Part shown: positions 46,416 through 56,023 of the stretch, one piece after another
How positions within the stretch are numbered: the first letter of the stretch is position 1
Layout: the number at the start of each line of letters is the position of its first letter
From: Candidatus Latescibacterota bacterium
GTDB lineage: Bacteria > Latescibacterota > UBA2968 > GCA-2709665
DNA: 64,000 nucleotides
Assembly (NCBI GenBank): GCA_965208835.1
Contig: OZ242358.1
Coordinates: 1,440,001 to 1,504,000, forward strand
Direction: 5' to 3'
Program-made: the position numbers and the translations under genes
Notes under the pieces: model-generated
Databases searched by the model: none
What the model was told of the DNA's origin: nothing
What the model saw: only the letters and a program-made list of their open reading frames with translations

Positions 46416-47046
46416 CTACGTGCCAATATATAGTGAGACAACTCCCCCTCCGAGTTTAATGTCGTATAATGGGCGGAGAGGAGAGCACGAGATGAGGTCA
46501 AGAATCGATGTTGGAGACAACGGCAGCACCAGGCCGGATCCGGAGGTGCCGGCGCGTGCGAAGCGTCGCCGGTTCACCGCACGGTACAAGCTTCGCATTC
46601 TGGAAGAGGCGGATGCTTGTCGGGCCCCTGGTGAAGTTGGTGCGCTACTGCGTCGCGAGGGGTTGTATTCCTCGCAGTTGACCCAGTGGCGTCGTGCGCG
46701 TCGTGACGGGACACTCAAGGCGCTATCCAAGCCACGGGGTCCCAAGGGGCGTCGTCGCGACGAGGTCGCCGCCGAGAACGAGCAGCTGCGCAAGGAGTAC
46801 GCAAAGTTGCGGCGACGACTGGAACAGGCGCAGACCCTCCTCGAGATACAAAAAAAAGCCTCGGAGATCCTGGGCATTCCCCTGAACCGGCCGCCGGCCG
46901 ACGACGACGTATGATACGTGCAGCCGAACACCTCGCCCCGAGTGTGGGGTTGGCTGCCGAGTGCCGGGCCTGGGGTGTGGACCGATCCGCTGTATACCGT
47001 CGTCGCAAGCCACATCCAACGAGTCCGGGTCGATCGCACCGTGTCC
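46416..47046 (+). mobile_element. IS3-family remnant (orfA 46492-46914, truncated orfB from 46911)
   Basis: End CGTGCCAATATATAGTGAGACA. orfA RRRFTARYKLRILEEAD..GEVGALLRREGLYSSQL..WR. orfB starts by ATGA overlap and is cut off. Confidence 0.8.
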
Positions 47047-47123
47047 TGTCAATGACCTTCCTAATGCGGCCACTTCAGGATCGCCTGAATCAGGCCAGTT
47101 GAAGATCGTCCCAATCAGGCCAC
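47047..47123. mobile_element. IS21-family-like end with three about 25-bp spaced repeats
   Basis: TGTCAATGA, then AATGCGGCCAC, AATCAGGCCAG and AATCAGGCCAC. Confidence 0.6.
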
Positions 47124-47360
47124 GCGCTATGTGGTTGAGATTTCGGACCTTCCGGCAGCGTTTCTGCCTTCAGAGTGTCTCGCCAACAGTGTTGGACTTC
47201 GATCCAGGCGACGTGGGGCAGGTCGACATTGGGTGGGGCCAACGATAAAGGATGTCTTTACAGAACAGACCAATGCGACGTGGATCTTCGTGGCGGTGCT
47301 GCCAGTGCTTTAGTGTCGCACCCAGGGTCTGCCCGTGGGCAATTTTCAAGGAGGATAGTG

Positions 47361-47513
47361 ATGGAAGGTATTGCCGTAACACATGGTGTGGTTGAAATAA
47401 TTGCTTCACTGATCATACCCGCAGCCGCGATTTATTTTCTTCTGTTGATGTGGCGGCTGGTCAGCGCGGTGGAGAAGATTGCTCGTTCAGATCGCAAGGT
47501 GATCAAAACTTAA
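47361..47513 (+). CDS. Small single-TM membrane protein (50 aa)
   Basis: AAGGAGGA RBS; MEGIAVTHGVVEIIASLIIPAAAIYFLLLMWRLVSAVEKIA... Confidence 0.6.
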   Translation: MEGIAVTHGVVEIIASLIIPAAAIYFLLLMWRLVSAVEKIARSDRKVIKT

Positions 47514-48510
47514 ATCCATCATCGTGGAGTGCCCTTCTGGCCTCGTCCTTTTGTGATTTGGGAAGATAGGCGATCACATTCTCCCGTTTATGCCACTGAC
47601 AGCGTTGAATGGCCACACATCCGTATAGGGCCTTGGTCAGCGCGGCGCGCAATCCCTTGGAGCCGTCGATGAGGCACAGCAACCCCTGGTGATACTGCAA
47701 TCCACGATCGATGAGGGCATCCACGAACTGGCGGCACACGCGCTCATTTTCGCTGACGGCTTGCACGAAGCCCAGCGGGACCTTGTGCCCATCGATTGTC
47801 ACGCCGAGGGCGATGATCATCTCCTGATCGGCAAAGGTCTTGCCATCCATAAACAGACCCACCAGGTCATAGTCCGAAAGCGACCGTTCCTGAAACTGTC
47901 TCAGCTTGGCCGCCGATGCCTTAATGACCCGCCTGGAGATGGTCGAAGAAGACAAGCCAAATGCCTCGGGTACGGCTTCCGCGCAACTTTCGTAGGAACG
48001 CGTGGCAATGCCGCCCACGCCGCGCAGCAGCAACCCTTCGTCCAGGTGTCTGGGGCGCTGCAAGTGGTGATACGCCTGTAGAGGGACTTCCTCATTGGCT
48101 TCTACGTCACGCACCCTGGGCACCGTAACAGGCACTTTATAGTCCGACAGATACACCGATCCCGGTTGCGCGCCCCAACGGCGATTCGAGGTCTTGCCCT
48201 CTTTGCGACTGTATCTCTGGCCCGTCAAAGCGGCGACCTCATCCTGCAAGATCTCTTCCACGGCGTCCAGACCCAGCGGGATCAGCGACTGGATCAAGGC
48301 CACACGGACGTCAAATTCCTCCAGCGAACCTGGGGGGACCGCCTTGGACGTCATTCCACCTTCCGCGCTCAACTTGACTTCACGGGACTTCGATGTTACT
48401 TTGCACATAACAGGCTCCTTTCGTATGAGGATACAGTAATTCTTCGCGGGACTACCGTATCCAATTTACATCGGAGCCTCTTCTATTTCAACTAAGGTAG
48501 GCACATTCCC
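47503..48510 (-). pseudogene. IS256-family transposase, 3'-truncated, with left end
   Basis: VPRVRD, GLSSSTISR, LFMDGK, ALGVT.DG.K, LIDGSKGL, IQRCQWHK. IR GGGAATGTGCCTACCTTAGTTGAAAT at about 48485-48510. The C-terminal catalytic region is missing. Confidence 0.8.
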
Positions 48511-48845
48511 GTTAGAAAACATCAATATCGATAAACTTATGGAAGCTCTCGATACCTGAAATTGTCCGACGATAGGGGGTCATATACAAATGCATAGTTT
48601 TAGGAGCGGAAAATAAAGGGAGACACACGGGAGTTTGATTGAACTTCTCACAATTTGAAGGTCACAAAGAATCTTAGTCATGACTCCTTCGGAGATGATG
48701 TGACTTTAGGTCAGGTGCCACTATTTTGCGGAGAACCCGGAATTTGGGGTTGAAACCCCCGCTCGATCTTACGAAACCATCGGCGAGCGCGATTGTTTCC
48801 GCGGTTCGGTTGTTTACGCTGTATATGCCGGAAAATTAACCCTCA

Positions 48846-51350
48846 ATGCCTTCAATGTATCGCGCGAATGTTTCAAGAATCCACCGGATTTTGCGATTTC
48901 CAACCACGCAACGGGGCGCTTCTCCGGCGGCCAGGGCGTGGCTCCCGGCAATTCGCGTCATCTTTCCGGTTCTCTTACTTGCTACAACCTCCGATGCCCA
49001 CGCCGAACCCCCGTCGGAATACACGATCAGCGGTTACGTCACGGATGCCTCGAACGGCGAGAAGCTGATCGGCGCCTCATTGTATGAACCCACCCTGCGA
49101 CTGGGCGCCACGACGAATCGCTACGGCTTCTTCAGCCTTACGCTGCCTGCGGACTCGCTTCGGATCGTCGTGTCCTTCATCGGGTTTCGCAGCGACACCC
49201 TGTCAATCCGCCTGGAACGCGACATCCACGTGGGCTTCGCCCTAAAGCCACTTCCCCTGGAGATGCAGGCTATAGAAGTGGAGGCCGCGCCGGTGGATCC
49301 GATCCAGGAACAGACACGGATGGGTGTTGTGGATGTGCCCGTCAGCCAGATCGAGAATGCTCCCGCCCTGATGGGTGAAGTCGACCTGATGAAGACGGTG
49401 CAGCTTCTTCCAGGAGTCCAGTCCGGCGCCGAGGGGATGAGCGGCCTTTACGTTCGCGGCGGCGGTCCGGATCAGAACCTGATCCTGCTCGACGACGCAC
49501 CGGTGTACAACGCGTCGCACCTCTTCGGCTTTTTCTCGGTCTTCAACGCCAGCGCCGTCAAGAACGTACAGCTCACAAAAGCCGGGTTTCCGGCGCGCTT
49601 CGGCGGCCGCCTCTCATCTGTTCTGGAGGTTGCCATGAAGGACGGCAACATGCAGGCGTTCGAAGTCGAAGGCAGCATCGGTCTTGTTGCTTCTCAGGTG
49701 ACGTTGCAGGGGCCTATACGCAAGGACCGGACGTCCTTCATCGTTTCGGCGCGACGGACGTATATCGATCTGCTGATCCGTCCATTTCTGAATCCCGACG
49801 AGCGGGGCGGCTATTTTTTCTATGATATCAATGCCAAGGTGAACCACATCCTGTCGCCCCGAAACCGTGTTTTTCTGAGCCTGTACGGCGGTGACGACCG
49901 ATTCTGGAGTGACATACAGGACGAGTACGCCTCCGGCACCTATCGTAGCGAAGAGTCGACGTCGGCGGATTTCGGCTGGGGCAATTTCACCTCGACACTG
50001 CGCTGGAACATCCTCTTCAGCAACCGGCTCTTCAGCAATCTCACCGCGATCTTCAGCCGCTATAAACTTACCTCGAACATCGACGATCACTCCGCGACGA
50101 GTGACAAAGACGCCCACGAGACCGAGACGCTCAGTCTTCGCTACCATTCTGGCATCCGCGACTTCGGCCTCAAGCTGGATCTCGACTACATTCCCAATCC
50201 GGCCCACTATATCCGATTCGGCGGCAGCGGTACCTACCACACCTATAGCCCCGGAGCGACGCAGTACAGATTCAACCCGGCCAGTGGCGCACCGGAAGAT
50301 ACGACTCTTGGCGCTGCCCAGGCGACGGACGCTCTGGAGTTCGGACTATACCTGGAGGACGAAGTCCGCCTGTCAAAGCGGCTGAGCGCCAACGTCGGGC
50401 TGCACGCTTCCGGATTCTCTGTGGGCAACTCGCATTTCGGATCCCTACAACCCAGAGTATCGACGCGTTATCTACTAAATCCGCGTTGGGCCGTCAAAGC
50501 GTCCTACGCCCGTATGCGCCAGTATATTCATCTTCTTTCCAACAGCACCATTGGGCTTCCGACGGACCTGTGGCTCCCGGCCACCGACCGTGCGCGGCCG
50601 GAGGGGTCGCGCCAGTTCGGCCTCGGCCTGGCGGGCACGCTGAAACAGGGACAGTACGAGTTCAACCTTGAGGCCTATCACAAGACGATGACCGGCCTGA
50701 TCGAGTACCGGGAAGGCGCGACGTTTCTGGCGGGGTTCGGGGAACACCAGGACTGGCAGGACAAGGTGGAAACGGGGCGTGGTTGGTCCTACGGCGTCGA
50801 AGCGTTTGTGCAGAAGAAACGTGGCCGCACCACAGGCTGGATCGGGTACACCCTTTCCTGGACGAGACGCCGCTTCTCCCAACTGAATGAGGGGCGGGTT
50901 TTTCCCTTTCGGTACGACCGCCGGCACGACTTCGCGCTGGTTCTAAACCATCGGCTGACGCGGATAACGAGCGCTTCGCTAAACTGGGTGTACGGGACCG
51001 GAAACGCGATTACCATCCCCGTCGCACGTTACTACGATGAGTACGTCCGAGGATCGATTGGCGGGCACGAATTGTGGACGCCGCGCGTGCTGCCCGACGA
51101 AACAAGGATATTCGAAGAACGCAACGCCTTCCGGATGGCCGCCTACCATCGCGTTGATTTGGGGTTCAACTTCGACTGGGGCCGGCACGGATTCCGCGTG
51201 GGCGCCTACAATGCCTACAACCGCAAGAACCCATTTTTCATCTATTTCGACGATTACTATGACGCCGTGACGGGTGACAGGGAGTACCGGGCGAAACAGG
51301 TGACCCTGTTTCCGGTTCTGCCGTGGCTCAGTTACCGGTTCAAATTTTAA
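48846..51350 (+). CDS. TonB-dependent receptor with N-terminal carboxypeptidase-regulatory-like domain
   Basis: ISGYVTD..NGE.LIGA, TN.YGFFSL, LLPGVQ, VRGG.PDQN..LLD, C-terminal YRFKF. Confidence 0.92.
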   Translation: MPSMYRANVSRIHRILRFPTTQRGASPAARAWLPAIRVIFPVLLLATTSDAHAEPPSEYTISGYVTDASNGEKLIGASLYEPTLRLGATTNRYGFFSLTLPADSLRIVVSFIGFRSDTLSIRLERDIHVGFALKPLPLEMQAIEVEAAPVDPIQEQTRMGVVDVPVSQIENAPALMGEVDLMKTVQLLPGVQSGAEGMSGLYVRGGGPDQNLILLDDAPVYNASHLFGFFSVFNASAVKNVQLTKAGFPARFGGRLSSVLEVAMKDGNMQAFEVEGSIGLVASQVTLQGPIRKDRTSFIVSARRTYIDLLIRPFLNPDERGGYFFYDINAKVNHILSPRNRVFLSLYGGDDRFWSDIQDEYASGTYRSEESTSADFGWGNFTSTLRWNILFSNRLFSNLTAIFSRYKLTSNIDDHSATSDKDAHETETLSLRYHSGIRDFGLKLDLDYIPNPAHYIRFGGSGTYHTYSPGATQYRFNPASGAPEDTTLGAAQATDALEFGLYLEDEVRLSKRLSANVGLHASGFSVGNSHFGSLQPRVSTRYLLNPRWAVKASYARMRQYIHLLSNSTIGLPTDLWLPATDRARPEGSRQFGLGLAGTLKQGQYEFNLEAYHKTMTGLIEYREGATFLAGFGEHQDWQDKVETGRGWSYGVEAFVQKKRGRTTGWIGYTLSWTRRRFSQLNEGRVFPFRYDRRHDFALVLNHRLTRITSASLNWVYGTGNAITIPVARYYDEYVRGSIGGHELWTPRVLPDETRIFEERNAFRMAAYHRVDLGFNFDWGRHGFRVGAYNAYNRKNPFFIYFDDYYDAVTGDREYRAKQVTLFPVLPWLSYRFKF

Positions 51351-51366
51351 ACATCGGCGCGCCTCG

Positions 51367-52281
51367 ATGAAAAAACTACGCATCACGGTTACGATCTTCG
51401 TTCTCGCTTTCACCGCGTGCGAGTTGATCATTGAACCGGACCTACCACAACACACGCCCCGACTGGTGATAAAGGCCTTCTTCACGCCGGACGGAGGATG
51501 GGGGGCATCCGTCAGTCGGTCCGTAGGCATTCTGGACCCCGCGCCCGGGCCCGAGCGACTGGTTACCGCTGCAAGTGTGGAACTGCTTTCAGGCGGCCTC
51601 ATCATCGACCGCCTGCCTTTTCTCCAGCGAGAAAGGGTATATGCAAGCGAAATACCCCTGCAAGCCGGCAAGTCCTACTCGTTGCGGGTGTCAGCGCCGG
51701 GATTCGAGACCGTTCATGCAACGGACAGCGCACCCCCACCCGTACCGACGTCCATCGAATCGTATCGCATAGAAACCTCCGACCCTGCTCCCGAAGACCA
51801 GGAGTTTATGAAGATCACGGACTTACGGATCACCCTTAAGATTCAGGATCCGCCCGGCCAGGAAAACCGATATCAAATTCGCGTGTTTGCCCCGGAACGG
51901 TCGGAAACGTACGATATGCATTTTTCCACAAGGGATCCTTCCATCATCTCCGCCAACAGAATCGAGGATCCCGTCCTCGACGACGGAGTAGAGCCGTTTG
52001 TCGGTTCCGAGCCGTTTTTCAGCGATGCCCTTTTTGACGGCGAAACCCATGAGATCGAGCTGACGTCCTCTAACCTTTACGTGGAGGCAGGTCCGGAGCG
52101 GATATTCTGTCAGGTTCGCTACGTGAGCGAGACCTATTTCAGGCATCTCGAAAGCGCTCTCCTCCATGAACACACGCGGGACAACCCGTTTGCCGAACCG
52201 GCGAGTGTCTATAGCAATGTCCAGAACGGGTACGGTATATTCGCCGGGTACAGCTCAATGACGTTTGAGCTCAAGTTTTAG
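51367..52281 (+). CDS. DUF4249-type lipoprotein
   Basis: Lipobox FTAC; FSD.LFDG; NPFAEP..VYSNV.NG.GIFAG. Typical partner of this receptor class. Confidence 0.8.
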   Translation: MKKLRITVTIFVLAFTACELIIEPDLPQHTPRLVIKAFFTPDGGWGASVSRSVGILDPAPGPERLVTAASVELLSGGLIIDRLPFLQRERVYASEIPLQAGKSYSLRVSAPGFETVHATDSAPPPVPTSIESYRIETSDPAPEDQEFMKITDLRITLKIQDPPGQENRYQIRVFAPERSETYDMHFSTRDPSIISANRIEDPVLDDGVEPFVGSEPFFSDALFDGETHEIELTSSNLYVEAGPERIFCQVRYVSETYFRHLESALLHEHTRDNPFAEPASVYSNVQNGYGIFAGYSSMTFELKF

Positions 52282-52291
52282 AGAGCCCCAT

Positions 52292-52548
52292 CTACGTGCC
52301 GATATAGAGTGAGACAACTCCCCCTCCGAGTTTAATGTCATATATTGGGCTGTGAGGAGAGTACGAGAAGAATTCAAGATTCGATGCCGGATCCGGAGGT
52401 GCCGGTGCGGGCGTCGGTATACCGTCAACGCACGCCAAATCCAACGTGTCCGGGTCGGTCGGGCCGTTTCCTTTCAATGATCGCCCTGATGCGACCACAG
52501 CAAGATCGGCACAATCAGGCCACTGCAGGGTCGCCTTAATCGGGCCAG
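52292..52548 (+). mobile_element. Internally deleted second copy of the IS3/IS21 remnant
   Basis: Same left end CTACGTGCC.ATATA.AGTGAGACAACTCCCCCTCCGAG, CCGGATCCGGAGGTGCCGG and AATCAGGCCAC-type repeats as 46416-47123. Confidence 0.75.
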
Positions 52549-52624
52549 CGGACCTTATTGGCAAGACTCCATGCCCACGCTCTTAAAAATCACCTGAATA
52601 AACGCCCTGAAGCCCTGACGTTGA

Positions 52625-52708
52625 AAACGCCCAGGAAGGTGAAATCCTCCTGGGCGTTTATACATAAAGCTCATGGGAACTGCCGGAGCCGATTACGTTT
52701 GGAGGCAT
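52625..52708 (+). repeat. Hairpin-containing direct repeat, copy 1
   Basis: AAACGCCCAGGAAGG-TGAAAT-CCTCCTGGGCGTTT plus tail. About 69/84 identical to 54001-54083 by manual alignment. Confidence 0.85.
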
Positions 52709-52768
52709 TGACGAGGAGGGGAACGAACCCAGCCGCCAGAACTCACGAACCATTAAACGGGAACCGGT

Positions 52769-53182
52769 TCAATCCTTCGTCTCAGTTGACTCTCTATACA
52801 AATCCAGAACTTCAGGAGGCGTATGAGGAGATTCTTCCAGACCCTTTAAAACACGTTCAAATACATCTGGCCTGAGTTTCTCCGCCCTCGCATTCGTTGC
52901 AAACAGCTTTTCGACATCTCTCATTCTAACGAGCGTTGCATTCTCATAATAGACAATCGAAGGTTCTTTTATTCGAGAGTGCTCTCCCTTTTTCAAAACA
53001 GTCGTCGAATCTTGCCAACGCTTCCGATAAGTGATCACATTTACCAAAATCACCTTGTCATCCAACCCGACAGGTTCGCAAAGCACAATGTTAAGGTGAC
53101 CTCCACTCTTCGATCCATCTGGCAAAATCGCAGTATCGCCAGGACCTACAGGCCCAACAACCGCTCCCTGTACCCCGTGCAT
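52769..53182 (-). CDS. Putative PemK/MazF-like toxin
   Basis: PGD...HL.IVL...VILVNV.T...DSTTVL..GEH..IKEPS.V.Y. Overlaps the upstream antitoxin stop. Confidence 0.6.
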   Translation of the reverse strand: MHGVQGAVVGPVGPGDTAILPDGSKSGGHLNIVLCEPVGLDDKVILVNVITYRKRWQDSTTVLKKGEHSRIKEPSIVYYENATLVRMRDVEKLFATNARAEKLRPDVFERVLKGLEESPHTPPEVLDLYRESTETKD

Positions 53183-53697
53183 CGAATGTCCTCAAGAATT
53201 ACCTCGATATCCTCCGGACAGTAATCCACAGCCTTCAAAATGTCTCTAAGATTGATAGGTACCCTACCCTTCTTTATTTCCGAATACTCAGGAAATTCAT
53301 GCGTATAATCCTTCAATTTTTGAAATGACCAACTCCCAAACCCCCCGTAAAGTCCATCCATGATCTCCCTATCCGACCGAGAAAGACGACCATAATACGG
53401 CAGCTCCCCAGATAAAGAGACACCATATCCATGAGTCACAAAATAAGAATCCCACTCTCTTTCTCTCTTTTTCCCATTTATCAAATCTAACGTATTGCTC
53501 AATATAGGCCCATTCGCCATTGAAAAGTAGCTGTCATACGTAACAGCATAACCACGCTGACGAAGTGACTCCCGATCCAACATGTACAAAAACTTCATAA
53601 GCCTGAACTTATCCCAAACACCCCCTGCTAAATTGAGATAATACGCTGTAGCCTGGACCGTTCTGTCTAAACGAAATTTCGGCGGCGTCCAGTTCAT
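53146..53697 (-). CDS. Panacea (DUF4065/SocA-like) antitoxin
   Basis: RLMKFLYMLDRESL...G..VTYD.Y.SM.NGP..S, L.DYTH.FPEY. GGAGG precedes ATG 53697. Confidence 0.8.
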   Translation of the reverse strand: MNWTPPKFRLDRTVQATAYYLNLAGGVWDKFRLMKFLYMLDRESLRQRGYAVTYDSYFSMANGPILSNTLDLINGKKREREWDSYFVTHGYGVSLSGELPYYGRLSRSDREIMDGLYGGFGSWSFQKLKDYTHEFPEYSEIKKGRVPINLRDILKAVDYCPEDIEVILEDIRCTGYRERLLGL

Positions 53698-54000
53698 GTC
53701 GGTTATCCTCCACAGCCGGCTCTTCTGCATCCCTGCCGTCGATCACTTCCTGAATCATCTCGCTTGCAATTTTGTGCCGCATAACCTGCCTACAGAAAAA
53801 GAAGAAGTAAATCTCGCTTCTTGTCAACTACAAATATACCATTCTACTGTTCACGTTTTTTCTGCACATTGTATGTCGGACGGCCTGCCCAATACAGTAG
53901 CCACGAGCCAGAGAATTTCGATAGCTCCCCGACCCTCGGCGAATGAGCAGGCACCATCCCGCATCTGTTGCGCGAACGTACATACCAGACCTGAAATCGT

Positions 54001-54083
54001 AAACGCCCAGGGGGTGAAATCCTCCTGGGCTCTTGTACATAGGGCTTGTGGGAACAGACGAAGCCGATTACCTTTGAAGACAT
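54001..54083 (+). repeat. Hairpin-containing direct repeat, copy 2
   Basis: AAACGCCCAGGGGG-TGAAAT-CCTCCTGGGC plus the same tail. Confidence 0.85.
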
Positions 54084-54139
54084 GAAACGCACCGTTGCTG
54101 TGCCCTTTAACCAGGTAAATTCAACCTTGGAGTCCACGA

Positions 54140-56008
54140 ATGAAACCCTTCTCTGAAGATCTGCTCGCGAAGCTGGCGAATGCGACGGTGGCCCCGTACG
54201 AGACGCGGCCGAGAGTGCTGCTGGGTGCTGACGAGGTGAACGGGGTCCGGGAACGGGCGAGGGGGATACCGGGGTTTGTCGACAAGCATGCGGAGGCGGC
54301 GCGAGAGGCGTCGGCAAGCGAGGACCTGTTCGGCGCCGATCCGGAGCTTCCATATTTCTGCCAGACACCGCTCCGCGCCTTGGCGAACGCCGCTTTCATC
54401 CTGGAGGACGAGGCGTTCGCCACCAGAGCGCTCCAGGGCGTGGAGGTGATGTTCTCGTTTCCGCCGGAGGAGTGGGTGGCGCGCCCACACCGGCCCATGC
54501 GATGCGATCACGCCATGCTGAACGTGGCGTCGGCGATCGGTATTTCGACGGACCTGTGCGCTTCGCTCTGGCCGGCTGATGCGGCCGCGTCGATTTCAGG
54601 ACGGATCAATGCTTACACGGTCGCACGGTTTCTCGAAACCTGGGAAAAACAGGATGCGCACTGGTCGAGCCCGAGCTACCATTGGAACTGGAAGATCATG
54701 TGCTGTGGCGAGATGGGAACGGCGGCGATTTCGTGCGCGGAGGCGATTTCGGATCTCGACGCGGTGCTGGGGGCGGCGCTCGAAGGGTGTCTGGACATCC
54801 TTGATTTCGTTCCGCCGGAGGGAGATTGGGCGGAGGGCCCGGGATACTGGCTTGGCACACTGGGGCACGGCGTGAAATTCGGAGTGGGATTACGCCGGGC
54901 GACGGGCGGAGCGGTGGACCTGTTCGAGCATCCGGCGTTGCGGAAAACCGGCGACTATATCGTACACGTGACCGAGCCGGACGGACAGGTCTACAACTTC
55001 AACGATAACGGCATTGCCCTCGGTCCCAGTCTCGACTATCTGTTGCTGCTGGCCAGGCTGCGCCGCCGGGGAGACTGGGCCAGAACCGCGCGCGCAAGCG
55101 ACCACGCGACCGTGGAACGCCTGATCTGGGACGATCCGTCGCTGGTGGATGCGATCCCCGAAGAGAACTCGGGAAGTTATCCGACGACCGGCGTGGTGAC
55201 GATGCGCAGCGGGTGGGATGACCAGGCCACGTTCGTGGGCCTGAAGTCCGGTTCAAGCGCCGTCGGCCATTCGCAGCTGGACGCGAACTCATTCGTCGTC
55301 TCCTCGCGCGGAGAACGGCTGCTGATCGACGAGGGGATCTGGCCCTACGGCCACGACCTGGGATTCTTCGACAGCGGTGGTGGGAAGCGGTGGAATTTCG
55401 ACGGTAACGGAACGATCGGTCACAATACGCTGATGGTGGACGGCGAGGGCCAGCGCTACGGCGCCGAATATCCCGGAAGGATCGTCTCTTTCGACGGGGG
55501 GGAGGAGGTGGACCTGGCGGCCGGTGACGCCACCGCGGCATACGGCGGCAGGTTGAAACGGTATCTGCGGACCCTGGCCTTCTTGAAGCCCGACGTGCTC
55601 CTGGTTTACGACCGGGTCTCGTCGGAGGAGCCCCGGCTCTTCGAGTGGCTGTTTCATCACCGGGCGGACGTGTCAGGTGACGAGCGGCTGACCCGGTTCA
55701 CGCGAAACGGCGTGACGTTGTCTCTGTCCAGAGTGATTCCGGAACACATGGAGTGCTGGCGGATGAGCGACGTAAGGCGCACCAGTACATATACCGAGTC
55801 CAACCAGTTTCGACCGAAGCGGGTCAGCGTCGAATACCGGAGTTACGGGCCGTTTCATCCGTGCCGGGAAATCGAGGTGTTGTGGGCGATCCATGTGGGA
55901 GACGCATCTGATCGGCCGGAAGTCGAGGCATCGGTGGGGGATGGAGCGGCGACGGTCCGGGTGGCATTCCGTAACGGGAACGAGCGAATTGTGACGCTGG
56001 CGAGATAA
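54140..56008 (+). CDS. Heparinase II/III-family polysaccharide lyase
   Basis: NW, GDWAEGPGYW, NFND, MRSGW, GHSQLDANSF, HNTLMVDG.GQ. Confidence 0.85.
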   Translation: MKPFSEDLLAKLANATVAPYETRPRVLLGADEVNGVRERARGIPGFVDKHAEAAREASASEDLFGADPELPYFCQTPLRALANAAFILEDEAFATRALQGVEVMFSFPPEEWVARPHRPMRCDHAMLNVASAIGISTDLCASLWPADAAASISGRINAYTVARFLETWEKQDAHWSSPSYHWNWKIMCCGEMGTAAISCAEAISDLDAVLGAALEGCLDILDFVPPEGDWAEGPGYWLGTLGHGVKFGVGLRRATGGAVDLFEHPALRKTGDYIVHVTEPDGQVYNFNDNGIALGPSLDYLLLLARLRRRGDWARTARASDHATVERLIWDDPSLVDAIPEENSGSYPTTGVVTMRSGWDDQATFVGLKSGSSAVGHSQLDANSFVVSSRGERLLIDEGIWPYGHDLGFFDSGGGKRWNFDGNGTIGHNTLMVDGEGQRYGAEYPGRIVSFDGGEEVDLAAGDATAAYGGRLKRYLRTLAFLKPDVLLVYDRVSSEEPRLFEWLFHHRADVSGDERLTRFTRNGVTLSLSRVIPEHMECWRMSDVRRTSTYTESNQFRPKRVSVEYRSYGPFHPCREIEVLWAIHVGDASDRPEVEASVGDGAATVRVAFRNGNERIVTLAR

Positions 56009-56023
56009 ACCGCCGAGTCGCGT

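Noticed and set aside
46850-46858. A8G run in IS3 orfA as a programmed frameshift
   Set aside because: orfB starts by ATGA overlap and is truncated, so a functional frameshift cannot be supported.
47047-47123. Three regularly spaced short repeats as a mini-CRISPR
   Set aside because: Units are about 11 bp with 25-bp period and no cas genes. An IS21-type end explains them better.
48660-48780. Hairpins upstream of the TonB-dependent receptor (CTCC-TTCG-GAG, GGGG-TTGAAA-CCCC)
   Set aside because: No B12 box or other recognisable aptamer, and too short to support a call.
52625-52660. GGTGAAATCC as part of a cobalamin or FMN riboswitch
   Set aside because: The other conserved riboswitch elements are absent, and the motif lies downstream of the receptor in a simple hairpin.
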